NCBI RefSeq assembly: GCF_046119375.1 | Contig: NW_027362763.1 | Location: 724,656,001-724,720,000 of the forward strand | Source: Phyllobates terribilis | Lineage: Eukaryota | Direction of reading: 5' to 3' | DNA: 64,000 bases | In this document: positions 1-12,460 of the stretch, one piece after another | Numbering within the stretch: position 1 is the first letter of the stretch | Layout of the letters: every line of letters begins with the position of its first letter | Notes under the pieces: model-generated | What the model was told of the DNA's origin: nothing | Seen by the model: the letters and a program-made list of their open reading frames with translations, nothing else | Databases searched by the model: none | Translations under genes and position numbers: made by a program

Positions 1-330
1 ATCAGACTGGTTCTCTTTTATAGTTGTAAACTATAATAACGGCCATTAAAATGCGCTCTGTGTGCGCTGACGTCTGATCGCTGAGGCTCAAGTAATCGTG
101 GTTCTGCTCATGAATACACAGTCCTGTGGCTTTGTATGGATGTTTGGTGGAGACTCATAGAGTCAGGAGATGACTGCACATCTGGGACTACTGCCAACAT
201 CGTGCCCTCTGCACCCAAAAGATTGCAGAGCAGTTGCCAGTCAATTTTCAAAGCCCCCATAGAAATGAATGGAGAGGGCCACACAGCGAAACATTGGCGA
301 CAACCTTGCCTAAAACATTTATTTATTTTT

Positions 331-385
331 TACCTTTTTGAAAAAGGCTTTAATCCGGAGCCGAAACGCGTTAATGTAATAAAAA
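331..385 (+). repeat. Degenerate hammerhead-like / Penelope pLTR remnant
   Basis: TTTGAAAAAGGC-loop-GCC-GAAA-CGCGTT followed by AATAAA; stem II (GGC/GCC) and palindromic AACGCGTT helix III resemble retroelement-associated minimal hammerheads, but the CUGANGA core is not intact. Confidence 0.35.
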
Positions 386-1017
386 CCTTTATTTTATGCC
401 ACTGAAGATTCTTCATTTGCACAAGCGCAGCCCAGGTAGCGTGATCTTTCCACTAAAGTGAACCCTACTGGCCGTCAGTATCTGATTTATCCTCTCGACT
501 TCAAAGTATCGGGAGTATGTAATATTTAATGCTTTATACTCTTACTGGGACCTCTATTGGATGGAACGCGAATCTGATGATTGAGTTGTTACCATTGATG
601 CATAGAATTAATGTTTTAGATCTAATATAATATATAACTTTCTGACACAAGAAAATTATTTAGGTACTATAACATGTGACTTGAAAAGCGGTTGTCCAGT
701 CTTAGAACAAAAGTCTGCATTCTCTGACTGCTTGTGAGACCGGACAACCCCTTTAATTTAATAATAAATTGTAAATATGCAAAAGTTTTGTGTTCTAAAG
801 TTGTATTCCAATAAATATATTTTATCTAAATAGCTTGATTATTGTATCCTAATAATTAAAAGTCTGATGTTACCATTTTACTACAGTAAATTTATCACTT
901 AATTTATCACTATAAGTAAATTCCTAAATACATTTAATTAGCAAATCACAGTAGTTTTGTCTGGAGGGGTAATAAATATAGAATTAAATGGTCGCCACCT
1001 TATTTCACTGAGAGAAA

Positions 1018-1184
1018 CCTATTCTAGAATGTTAGGACAGGAGCCTGTGAGCGGGTGCCGCCGGGACAGGAGCCTGTGAGCGGGTGCCGCCGGGACAGGA
1101 GCCTGTGAGCGGGTGCCGCCGGGACAGGAGCCTCTGCCCCATTGCACATGCACGCAGGCTCCTGTCCTACCATTCTAGAATAGG
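1018..1184. repeat. Inverted-repeat element with internal 29-bp tandem repeat
   Basis: CCTATTCTAGAATGTTAGGACAGGAGCCTG (1018-) is inverted at 1152-1184; between them GGACAGGAGCCTGTGAGCGGGTGCCGCCG x3.4 (1035-1133). The same left arm recurs at ~20505. Confidence 0.75.
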
Positions 1185-1477
1185 TGCCCCATTCTTGAGA
1201 TAGATACAGGTCCCATCTCTATCGGAAATTTCTTGGCATACCCTGTCGTTATAAGCCATAAATGTATCTGATGAAAATATCCTATTAAGTAAGGTTGACA
1301 CTACATAACTTACTCCGAGCATTGATGCAGATAGCACAGTGTGAATGCTGCCACCCACTGGTGGAAGATGCTGCTATGCTATAAATTGTTTGTGGTTATT
1401 TTCTTGCCAAACTGCATGATGTATCAAAATCTGAACCCAGAGTGGGACAGATAATAATACATTATTTAGGAGAGTTT

Positions 1478-1808
1478 TTAAAGGGGGTTTCCAAACTTAC
1501 GATATTAATGACGACATTATTGCAATTGGGCACCCTTACTGACCAGCAGTTCTCAGCTCTGGGAGTGTCTAAACAGTGTTTGGAACTGGTACTTCACATC
1601 GGCTCCCATTGGAGTGAATAGGAGCTGAGCTGCAGTACCTGAGAGTGGCCACTATAGGGTGCTATTCCTGGCTCTCCACTGTTAACAATCGGCCGCTGCC
1701 AGAGCTACAGAGAGCTAATCTGTGGGGGATGCCGGATGTTAGACCCCACTGATCTGATATTGATAACATATCCCAAGGATGGATCAATAAAATGGAAAAC
1801 CCCTTTAA
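1478..1808. mobile_element. TTAA-flanked MITE (T2/Kolobok-like)
   Basis: TTAA-AGGGGGTTTCCA ... TGGAAAACCCCT-TTAA termini. Confidence 0.65.
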
Positions 1809-1984
1809 TGACTCAGTTAGTATTCACATCACCCACATTTATGGTATATCCACAGTATAAAACCCTGACAAATGCAGGTCTCACCTCTGAGACCCACTTA
1901 TGTCATGTATGGGAATCCTCCAATCCCTGTCCCACCTGGGAAGGTGCAAGTTTCTCTCCATTTAGTTGTAATATAATAAAAATT

Positions 1985-3625
1985 TATTATTTTTTTTACT
2001 ATAGCTCCAACATGTTTCTCGGCACTTTACAAATGAGACATTACACAGCAGTACAGAATTTAACAATTACAAGAGACGCAAGGGCCATGCGCTCAAGAGT
2101 TTACAATCTATGATAAAATAGTGGGGACACACACGGGAAAAAAAGTGCGCATCATTTATGGCACAGGCATGATTTTTATAAATTTATTGGGATATTCAAA
2201 TTACGCTGCATGAATCAGTAATTAGCCAGGACTTGTATTAGTATAGAGAAACAAAGTTCTACTGAGTTCATGGAGGGTGTGGGAACAGGTGATAGAAGCG
2301 ACAAAATTCTGAGGAAGACTGTCACGGGGATACCGCGACACAGAGGGGCCAGAAGATTGCGGCATCTGGTTACACTAACTCCTGCACTTATTAGAACTGC
2401 TTCACCATCCTGCAGGTTTCCTTGATGTCATGGCAAGGGTTAGTCAGTTCAGTTGATCTCCTGGAGCTCTCCATCCTGAATTGTCTCAGCTGTTCTGGGT
2501 TGGCCTCTCCCATCTAGTATATATTATCGCCCCTGGCACTTGGGAGTTGCCAGTGATAGTTCTACTTCCTGGTTTGGTGGTGAAGGAGAAAGTTCAGTGG
2601 TTGGAGAGTTTTTCTGGAGATTGCTGCATGGAGTTGGTTTGCGTGTTTTTCCTTATCCTCACATTTGGTTTGTGCCTCCTATTCCTCCTCTATTTTCCAT
2701 TCTGTTGTTTTGTGAGTGTATTTTGTATGATTGTAGTTTTTCTTTTATCCCTCCCTGTTAACCCTGTCTGTCTGGTTAGTGTTTTCCTATACACTTCAGC
2801 CCCTCACCTCCGTGGGTGGGGGAGGGATCAGATAAGGGTCAGTTAGCAGCAAATTTGGTTAAGAGAACCCGGTGTATCCACCTTCAGGGGTAATCTGGGG
2901 GACAGGGATGGACTAGGGTGCCCCTAGTTCGAGGGACCGGGTAGGTGCCCACAGTCCCTTGTCACTATGTGACAAAGACTTTGGAAAGGAGAAGATGGAA
3001 AGGTTAGATTAGAGCTGATAGGCCAGTCTTAAGCGTGCGTACTGGGAATTAGCTGGATTGTCTGGGGTAGAGCATTCCAGAGAAGTCCTGGAGAGGGAGG
3101 TTTGGATTATACTGTAGATATTCGTACTAGGTGATTAGTGGTCACTAGTGACCCAATACTTATAATAATCCAAACCTCCCTCTCCCGTCAGGACATATAG
3201 GGTAGTGCAGAACTGTGGAGAGCTTTACAGGTGAGAGTGGTAAGTTTGTATTGTACTCTGTAGCAGATGGGCAACCAGTGCAATGACTGGCACAGGGTGG
3301 AGACATCAGTTTAGTGGCTGGACAGAAATATGACACTGGCTGCTGCATTAAGGATAGATGGCAGAGGGGAGGGTTTAGTAATAGGCAAGCCAATTTAATA
3401 CAGAGTTGCAGTAGTCTAGTAGAGAACGTGTCGGAGCAACAGAGTTTTTGCAGAGTCAAAGGAGAGAAAAGGACGAACTCTTCAGATGTTTTTGAGGTGC
3501 AGGTTACATGAGTGATCGGTTGGCTATAGGCAGTGAAGGAAACCACTAAGTAAAATATAACCCCAAGACAGTGAGCATGCTGTTTGGGAGTAATGCAGTT
3601 TCTGCGTGGTTCTAGCAATATTGGG
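1985..3625 (-). mobile_element. L2-clade LINE 3' remnant, degenerate
   Basis: Minus-strand translation near 3160-3618 (ITPKQHAHCLGVIF...) resembles the L2 ORF2 C-terminus; L2-like 3' end motif at ~1985-2110; interrupted by a solo LTR. Confidence 0.65.
2320..2974. mobile_element. Solo LTR (655 bp)
   Basis: Begins TGTCA (2320), ends TGACA (2974), flanked by perfect 5-bp direct repeat AAGAC (2315-2319, 2975-2979). Confidence 0.8.
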
Positions 3626-3629
3626 TTTA

Positions 3630-3812
3630 TGCCACATTCACACGTTCAGTATTTGAACAGTATTTCACATCAGTATTTGTAAGCCAAAATCAGGAGTGGA
3701 ACAATCAGAGGAAAAGTATAATAGAAACACGTCACCACTTCTGTATTTATCACCCACTCCTGGTTTTGGCTTACAAATACTGATGTATAATACTGAACAT
3801 GTGAACATGGCC
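3630..3812. mobile_element. PIF/Harbinger-type MITE
   Basis: TTA|(G)GCCACATTCAC ... GTGAACATGGCC|TTA, 3-bp TTA TSD; a second copy in opposite orientation at 50010-50203. Confidence 0.7.
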
Positions 3813-5681
3813 TTAGGCAGGTTAATAGAGGGAGGAAGCACAAATTTTTTTTTTTTTTTATGGGAGTTATAGAAATAGCTGAGCAAGGGTGCTGAGAATA
3901 TACTTTCAGGCTGTTTTTCTACTTGGAAAAATGTAGCAGATTTTCTGCTGAATGTCTGCTTGCGGAAAATCCCGTGTTTTACAGTGCCAGTGTAATGCAG
4001 GCGTTTTTTTTTTTTTTTTTTTAAATCTCCTATGCCGTGGATATATCTCACAGCATGTAAATTGAGATCTGCAGAATCGCAGTATAACAACTTATGCAGC
4101 GGATGTAGGTGCATATTTTACACTTGCAGTGCAAACGATGAAGTGCGTAACTAGTCTACTCTACCCCACTCCTTCACAATGATATCTGTTGTGATAAATA
4201 CCACTGCAGGCATCTCTGCAGGGTCTGCTCTGTGGGACGTCCGCAGTAATTACCTGAGAACATAGAGCTATGCATTTCTTAAGTAAAGTCGCTAATGTGT
4301 CCAGCATGAGAGAAAACTAAAAGGTGGGAATTCATAAAGCAAGGGGTCAGTCATGATGTAGAGTTTGCTGGAGTAAGAGGCGTACTCCTCTTAATAAATT
4401 TGGGACTTCTTTCAGCTGGCCGTGCTCCAGAAACTGAAAATGTACAGTCATGAAATACAATTTTGCTGAAATTTTTTATATATACAGTATATAGTTATAT
4501 GAAATCTGTCTGTGTGCAAGGCCACAAGCCTTCTCACTAACCTATGCCTATCTTTCTAAAAAAAGTTGGCAAATCCGATGTAAACAGATGTGAAAGGTTA
4601 GTTTTTGTTTTGTTTTTTACTTTTTACACCAATTTGTGGTGTACAATGCTTGAAAAATTCCTTCCTACGTTCATCTCCTATATTTCCAATTTGTTTCACG
4701 GTTCATTTATGGCTTTGTTTAAAAGATTTGCACTACATTTGCTTGGCTGGTAGCAGGACAGAATATGTATGTAATTTGCTAATGAATTTAAAGAGGTTGG
4801 CTCAGCCTCATTATGGGGGGAAGGGCAGTACAGCAGAGTAGGCAGCGCTACGCTTGTTTTAGTAATGCTAATGTGTATATGATCCTTCTAATAAAGCTAC
4901 GGTAATTTGAATTTGAGAGGAGAGTTTTTAGAAGTGTTTGTAATGAGACCCCTCCCTCCCCCCCACACTGACTGCTGGAGATTAAGACGGTCAATCACAC
5001 TTAGTTCTGCTGTACATGTCATCACTCTGCAATGAGGAGAGCAGACTGTTTGTGAGTACATGGCTCACACTGAGCCTCGCCTAAGCTATTGTGGGGGCGT
5101 GCTTTTCTTTCTCCACTGTGTTGCTGCCTGCTTATGATTGGCCAGCATCAGAAAGAGGAAGAAGGATCCTCCCCTCAGTGAAATCTCTCTGGTAACGCCC
5201 ACTTCAGCTTAAAGGAAATTAACTTAGATCTCTACTATCTCTTCAACTGAGAGGCGAAATAAGAAACAAACAAAAATGTTTTATTCTACTGTATATCGTG
5301 TGTCCAGTTCAACATGAGAAAAACTTTAAGCTAGAATGTCTTCATGCACAGTAAAAATCTTAGCAAAAAATGGTTAAGAGGGGAAACGCAAACAATGTTA
5401 GAAAGTTGTAGAACCTTTAATTTAATTAAGATATATGGAAATCTCCTTTTTGGTCAGGGCTGAATTTTATTTTTGGCAGGTGAGGTCTGCTGACTGCACG
5501 GCACATGGTCCATGAGATGTCGGCAGAGGGACCACATCCCATTTTCTCCTAGCACATGCAGACATTTCCTTCAGACGTGTTTGTCAGCAGAATATTAAAA
5601 CCTCCAGTGTCTGTTTTTTTTTGTTTTTTTTTCCCCCCTAATTCTGCCCGGAGCATTAATCATTCCTTCTTCTTCTACCAG

Positions 5682-5846
5682 GAAGATTATGACCGCCTGA
5701 GACCATTGTCTTATCCCATGACCGATGTCTTCCTGATCTGTTTCTCAGTGGTCAATCCGGCCTCATTTCAGAATGTGAAGGAGGAATGGGTGCCCGAACT
5801 GAAGGAATATGCACCAAATGTGCCATTTTTACTGGTGGGCACACAG
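5682..5846 (+). CDS. RHOQ: Rho GTPase TC10/RhoQ, coding exon 3
   Basis: AG|[55 protein letters not shown]|GT; 165 bp, phase 0/0. Confidence 0.97.
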
Positions 5847-6140
5847 GTAGGTGTCGGTGACATTTTAGAAATACAGATGTGCATTGTATTGTTTCATCTA
5901 TCCTCTTTTTTTTTTTTTTTTTTTTTTGTTACCTTTCTGAAAAATAACTTTACTTCTCAGACTTTATAGCCATTAGATAAACTATGATCAGTGAGGATCT
6001 GATCCTTGAGACCCTTCAGTTATACGCAGGAACCCCACCGCCCCCTTTTTTTTTTTTTTTTTTTTTTTTTAACAATAATTTTTATTAAATGTTTTAACAT
6101 TTTGGATAAAGCATGAGTAAAAAGATTTCACATCAAAGCT

Positions 6141-7284
6141 TAGAAAAATATTTAGATTTGAGAGTCCTCAGTGGTTGATACCTTTTTAATAGCTAACTGA
6201 AAAGATGGTAACAAATTGCAAGCTTTCGAGACTACTCAGGTCTCTTCATCAGGCATAGTATACCACAAAATCTGAAGAGTCAAATATTTATACACACAAG
6301 AAAAAAAAATGCAATAGGTAAGACAGGTGATGAAAAGTATAGTGACTATGGAAGAGATAAACAGTTCTGGCTATAAATATTTTAGCAGTTAATAGATAAG
6401 GAGTGTGAAGGTTTTATTGTCCTGTGACCAGGTTCAGTGTTGTGATGGCCTCACAATTCTGAGGAGCACATTCCTTAGTTGATGTAGAATGACCTAAATC
6501 CATGCGACACATTCATTCCTGCTCTGAAAGTGTTAAAGGTCATCATCAGTTTATATTCTGAGACTCTTCTTTCTCTTTGAGATTTGAAGTTACCTTTTAA
6601 TACTAGTAATTTCATGTCTTTGATGCTGTGATCAGGGGAACAAAAATGCTTGGCTACAGGCAGATCTATTCTTTTTCTTTTATTGTGTGGCGAAGATGAT
6701 TCATCCTTGTTCTAAGTTTTTGCCCTGTCTCCCCTACATAAAGACCCCCAGCTGGACATTTGGTACATATAATTAAATACGCTACATTAGATGTGATACA
6801 GTTGAACGTACCTGGGATCTTATAGTCCTGATGTGAATTGGGAATCTTTATCTTGTTTGTGGTCGTTATAAACGGACAGGTTTTACATTTTTTCTGGTTG
6901 CAAGGAAAGGTACCTGTAGCTGGAGGAGATGACAGGGAGCTTCTGACAATGATGCTTCTTAGATTTGGGGGCTGCCTGAAACACAGAAGTGGGGGGTCTG
7001 GAAATATGGATTGTAATCGGGCATCTTTTTGTAGTAAGGGTTGTAGTTTCCGTGCAGCTCTTCTTAGCGCCTCCAGATTTGGATTGTAGGTGACTACTAG
7101 AGGCACCCGGTTGTTTTCTTGTTTGGTTTTGTAATGTAGGAGATGATTCCTTGATATTCTGGTGGCTCTTGTAATCTGGTTCTCAACTGTTCTTGGATGG
7201 TAGCCCTGTTTCAAAAAGGTCTTTCTGAGGCCATCAAGGTGTTTGTCTCTATCCATCAGGTTGGAACATATCCGATTATATCTG
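6141..7284 (-). mobile_element. Penelope-like element, 5'-truncated (RT thumb + GIY-YIG endonuclease + pLTR)
   Basis: RYNRICSNLMDRDKHL... linker with CxxxxCxxC, then AYLIICTKCPAGGLYVGETGQKLRTRMNH (GIY-YIG); one A-run frameshift at ~6670, ORF otherwise continues PVAKHF...GMN to stop at 6475-6477; hammerhead in 3' region. Confidence 0.9.
6217..6255 (-). ncRNA. Minimal type-I hammerhead ribozyme
   Basis: Minus strand reads UGC-CUGAUGA-A-GAGAC-CUGAGUA-GUCUC-GAAAGCU-U-GCA: intact CUGAUGA and GAAA cores, 5-bp stem II, palindromic AAGCUU helix III, 3-bp stem I. Confidence 0.8.
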
Positions 7285-7396
7285 AAAAGTTTTGAAGATC
7301 GAACTCAGTGTTTATTAGATCTGAGACAATACTGTATGTGTAGCAGTTACCCCTACCCTTCGTTTTTTTTTCTGTTCTATCTGTATTTTGGTGATC

Positions 7397-10300
7397 ATGG
7401 TCATCGTTGGGGAGCTCTGGTACAGCCAGCAGAAAAAGGACACTCTTATTGGAATATGTATAACCAGAGGCATTGACCCCGTCGGCAAAAACAAAGAACA
7501 AATGGTTGCTGCACTGGCGCAACTGGAGGCAGAGCAAGCCCTTCTCCAGACCTCAGCAGGGCCAGGGGTCAGCCGAGATATGGACAGTACTACTGCAGGG
7601 GTCCCACCTGTAGACGCATGCTGCGTCAGCGACCAGGGCAGCGTGGACCCCTATCTGCAGATGGCTCTACAGCAACTTCCTGCAGAGGATCATGAAGGAC
7701 AGCTGAAAGTCATTCAGCAGCACCAGGAGGCCGAGAGGGCCGAGTGAGCTCAGCGAGAGGCAGAGCGAGAGGCCCAAGCCCAGAGGGCCCATAAACTGCA
7801 GATGGCCAAACTCGGGATCCCAGCATCCACCTCACGGAACGGTGAGACCAACAATGCGACCCTGTTTAAGCCCCGTCCAGAGCATTTTCCTGTGATGGAA
7901 AAGGACGGCGACCTCGACACCTTTCTGAGGGGTTTTGAAAAGACTTGCAGACAATACCAGCTGCCGGAGGGGCAGTGGGCCCGATACGTAACTGCAGGGC
8001 TGCGAGGCAAAGCTCTGGATGTGTTTGTAGCTCTTCCTCCGAGCCTCGATGGGAACTATGATGCCATTAAGCAGGCCCTAATCCAGAGGTTTCAACTGAC
8101 TCCTGAGGTGTACCGTAAAAAGTTCTGGAACCTCCAACGTGGACCGCACGACAGTTACAGCGATGTGGTGCATGGGCTCCGAACCAACTTTGAGCAGTGG
8201 ATCCAAGGACTGTCAGCGACCACCTTTGAGCAGCTAAAGGATCTGATGGTGAAAGACCAGTTCCTGCATCTGTGTCCGACTGAGGTACGGCAGTTCGTGA
8301 TGGATCGAGAGCCACCAGATGGCAATAAAGCAGCGCAGATCGCAGACACCTACGAGGCCAACCGGAGACCGGAGGTGCGGAAGCTGGTTGTCGCCAGCTG
8401 GAAAGGGGGTAAGCCATCAACCACCATCCCTGCCCTTGCCAGCCGACCTTCCAGAGGCCTTTTTCCCGTTACCAATGCCCGGCCTGCATCTGATGCCCGC
8501 AGGTGTTATTTCTGCAACCAGACTGGTCATCTCAGCGCCACTTGCCCAGAGAAGCAGAGGAAGAAACCCCCCCCCCCCCCATCCAAGGCCCTAGGGCCTA
8601 ATGTCTCAGTTCTTTTGGTGGGTGGGCCGGTTGGGAGGGCCTGTGAAAACTTGCAGTCTGTCATGGTGGGGGACACTGTCACTGTAGGCCTCAAGGACAC
8701 TGGGGCCGAACGAATCCTCATCCGACCCAAACTGGTGTCCGCTGAAGAGCTTATTCCGGGAAAGACCCTGACTGTCACTGGGATTGGGGGCGTCCGATGC
8801 CCCTTGCCCATGGCCCAGGTTTTTATTGATTGGGGTGCGGGGAGTGGGGTGAAGGAAGTGGGAGTATCTGGAAATCTACCTGCAAATGTTTTGTTGGGAA
8901 CTGATTTGGGGAGGATGTTTGCTTATTATGTCCCTGACACCCCTCCCCGATCTGATACAGTTGGTAAGGTTAATGCTGATAATGTGAATGTCAATGATGA
9001 TGATGTTGATGTTGTATTGGAAGGTACAGGAGAACTCAGCCATGTCACGCTGTGGGGTGATATTGCTGAGGATCCCCTAGCAGGAGCAAGTGTCAGTGCT
9101 AAGGGTAATGGGGAGAGGCACAGGGACCATGAAGCAGGTGGTGCTGTGCCAGCGACCAGTGTCACAACAGATGGTGACCTGGCTGATGGTAGCTGCCCCA
9201 TACGTAGCACTGTGCCTGAGGTAATGGGGGAGGATGGGGAAGAAGTACTCATAGCCGCGCAGGATGATGGGACGGTGTTATTCCCTGGGGAGACGGCCTA
9301 TATAGCCGCTGTTACCCGCAGTCAGAGTGCCCAGAATGCAAGTAACGCCCTGCCTTCTGGACCCTCCTCGGACAGAGGAATAACAGAATCAGGTATGGAC
9401 CCAGAGCCGGTCCCAGTGAGGACGTGGCCTTTAACCTCACTTCTGGCTTCCTCCAGCCAGGAGTTTCAGGCAGCTCTGCACTCCGATGCTAGCCTGGAGA
9501 CGTTAAGGAGCCTCGCTGAGAAGCCCACTTCCGAGTCGGGTAAGGAGAGGGTATTCTGGGACCAAGGGAGGTTGTACCGGGAGACAGTTCCCTGTACACC
9601 CCAACAGGAGTGGCTGAGGGAAAGACAGCTGGTCTTCCCCTACCAATTCAGGGATGAGTTGTTGCGGATCGCCCATGAGATTCCACTCTCTGGACACTTG
9701 GGGGTCAGCAAAACCAAGGCCCGGCTGTCTCACCACTTTTATTGGCCCAAAATGGGGACGGATGTGGTGAACTACTGTCGCTCCTGTACCACGTGTCAAA
9801 GAGTGGGAAAGTCAGGGCCGGCTCCCAAAGCCCCCCTGATTTCTTTGCCAGTGATAGAGGAGCCTTTCCAGAGGATTGCTGTGGACATTGTGGGACCACT
9901 GGCCATACCCAGCAGCTCTGGAAAACGTTTCATCCTTACCGTGGTAGACTGCTACCCGGTATCCGGAGGCAGTAGCCCTGTCCTCAGTTAGGGTGGATAA
10001 GGTGGCGGACGCCCGCTTGGCCATCTTTTTGCGAGTAGGCTTTCCCAGGCAGATGCTTACCGACCAGGGGACCCAGTTCATGTCTCGCTTAATGGAGGCC
10101 CTATGTAAGAAAATGCAGGTGCAGCATCTGGTATCGAGCGCGTATCATCCCCAAACCAATGGTTTGTGTGAGCGATTCAACGGTACCCTCAAACAGATGT
10201 TAAAAATGCTGGTTGAGACCCAGGGACGCGACTGGGAGCGTTACCTCCCACACCTGTTATTTGCTTACAGAGAGGTTCCACAGGCCTCGACGGGGTTCTC

Positions 10301-12440
10301 CCCCTTTGAGCTCCTGTATGGCAGGCGTGTCCGAGGACCCCTTGGGTTGATAAGGGAATTCTGGGAAGCTCGGCTCTTCTTCCCAGGAGTGTCCATCGTG
10401 GAGTATGTCGTGCGCTTCCGTGACAAGATGCAGACCTTGACGCAGTTGGTGCATGACAACATGGCGCAAGCCCAGGCTGACCAGAAGCATTGGTATGACC
10501 AGAATGCCTGAGAGCGGACCTACCAGGTGGGTCAGAAGGTGTGGGTGCTGGTCCCCGTACCAAAGGACAAGCTTCAGGCGGCCTGGGAAGGCCCGTACGT
10601 CATTCACCATCAGCTCAACCCGGTCACCTACGTGATCACTCTTGACCACGCGCGGGGTAGGCGGAAGGCTTTTCACGTTAATATGATGAAGGCTCATCAA
10701 GAATGTGTAGCCTGCGTCCTACTGGTCTGCAGCCTGCCCGAGGATGGGGAGGACGACCCCCTCTTGGACATTCTGGCCCAAGCGAAGGCCAGCGGGTCCC
10801 TAGAGCAGGGTTCCCCAACTCCAGTCCTCAAGGCCCACCAACAGGTCATGTTTTCAGGATTTCCTTAGTATTGCACAGGTGATAATTACATCACCTGCAC
10901 AGGCAATAATTCCATCACCTGTGCAATACTAAGGAGATCCTGAAAACCTGACCTGTTGGTGGGCCTTGAGGACTGGAGTTGGGGAACACTGCCCTAGAGG
11001 ATGTAGAGATAAGCGCCTTGCTATCCGCAGACCAGAGGTCTCAGATGCGAGCAGTGCTGAAACCCTTCCAAGCAGTGTTCACCAACCTGCCTGGCAGGAC
11101 TGTAGTGGTGGTCCATGAAGTGGACACCGGGAATCATGCCCCACTCCGGCGGACAGCCTATCGAATCTCCGACGAGGTGCAGCATGTCATGCGCCAGGAG
11201 GTCGAGGAGATGCTGAAATTGGGGGTGATTAAGCGGTCCAAGAGCGTGTGGGCCTCACCTGTGGTCCTGGTGCCAAAGCAGGACCAGACCACCCGGTTCT
11301 GTGTGGACTACAGGGGGTTCAACGCTATCACAGCCTCTGATGCACAACCAATGCCACGCATTGAGGAGCTGCTTGAGCGGTTAGCCAGCGCGAGCTATCT
11401 CTCCATTATGGATCTGAGTCGTGGATATTGGCAGATTCCCTTGAGCCCCGGAGAAGTCCGCCTTTATCACCCCCTGCGGATTGTATGAATCCACAGTCAT
11501 GCCTTTTGGCATGAAAAATGCCCCTGCCACTTTCCAGCGAATGGTCAACCACCTGCTCCAGGGACTGGAGAGGTACGCAGTGGCGTACCTGGATGACATT
11601 GCCGTCTTCAGTCCCACCTGGGAGGATCACCTCGAGCATCTGCAGCAGGTGCTCGGGCGCATTCACCAGGCGGGCTTGTCCATCAAGCCAGGAAAGTGCC
11701 AGATGGTCATGAACGAGGTCCACTACCTGGGGCACCGGGTAGGTGGGGGTACTCTGAAGCCAGAGCCTGGGAAGGTGGACGCTATCGTGTCCTGGCCCAC
11801 CCCCAGGACCAAGAAGCAGGTGCAGTCCTTCTTGGAGACCGCAGGGTACTATAGACGCTTTGTACAAGACTATAGTAGCCTTGCGAAGCCCTTGACAGAC
11901 CTCACCAGGAGGAGCCTACCCCATTCAGTCAAATGGACAAAGGAATGCGAGGTGGCCTTTGGGGCTTCGAAGACTGCCCTGAGCAGCTCTCCTGTGCTAA
12001 AGGCGGTCGACGGCACACGGCCACTCTTTGTACAGACCGACGCCAGTGAGTTTGGCCTCGGTGCTGTACTCAGCCAGGTCGACTCGGGGAACCAAGAACA
12101 CCCCTTGTTGTACCTAAGCCGGAAACTGCTGCCGAGGGAAGTGGCCTATTCCACCATAGAGAAGGAGTGCCTGGCCATTGTATGGGCCCTGCACCACTTA
12201 CAGCCTTACTTGCACGGGCGCCCCTTCACTGTCGTGACTGACCACAACCCCCTGAGTTGGCTGCACACCATGTCGGTGCCAACGGAAGGTTGTTACGCTG
12301 GAGCCTCACCTTCCAGCAGTACGACTTTACCGTTCAACACTGCAAAGGCAGCGAGCATGGCAATGCTGATGGGTTGTCCCGGCGAGGGGAGCCTCCAGAG
12401 ATACGCCTGGAGGAGTACCAGAATGTCCTACCTCCATAGC
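7397..12440 (+). pseudogene. gag-pol polyprotein pseudogene (SCAN-like capsid, CCHC knuckle, protease, integrase, RT, RNase H)
   Basis: CYFCNQTGHLSATC (~8504), DTG protease (~8696), HHCC integrase zinc finger (~9670-9800), D..D..E (VDIVGP, TDQG, ERFN), YLDD (~11586), TDAS RNase H; disabled by CGA>TGA stops at 7745 and 10509, frameshifts near 9950, 11450, 12270 and a MITE at 10806. Confidence 0.92.
10806..10991. mobile_element. hAT-type MITE (186 bp) inserted in Gypsy pol
   Basis: ~43-bp TIRs CAG(G/T)GTTCCCCAACTCCAGTCCTCAAGG..., perfect 8-bp TSD CCCTAGAG (10798-10805, 10992-10999). Confidence 0.92.
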
Positions 12441-12460
12441 GCAGTCTAAAAAGGGGGAGG

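Noticed and set aside
1-5681. RHOQ exons 1-2
   Set aside because: No GAVGKT or LGLYDTAGQ coding segment found; they presumably lie upstream of the window.
5556-5969. 137-aa single-exon Rho-like ORF
   Set aside because: Only 5682-5846 is Rho-like and is bounded by AG/GT; the rest is intronic read-through.
7802-12449. Active or domesticated Gypsy protein
   Set aside because: Multiple stops, frameshifts and a MITE insertion; no 5' LTR promoter.
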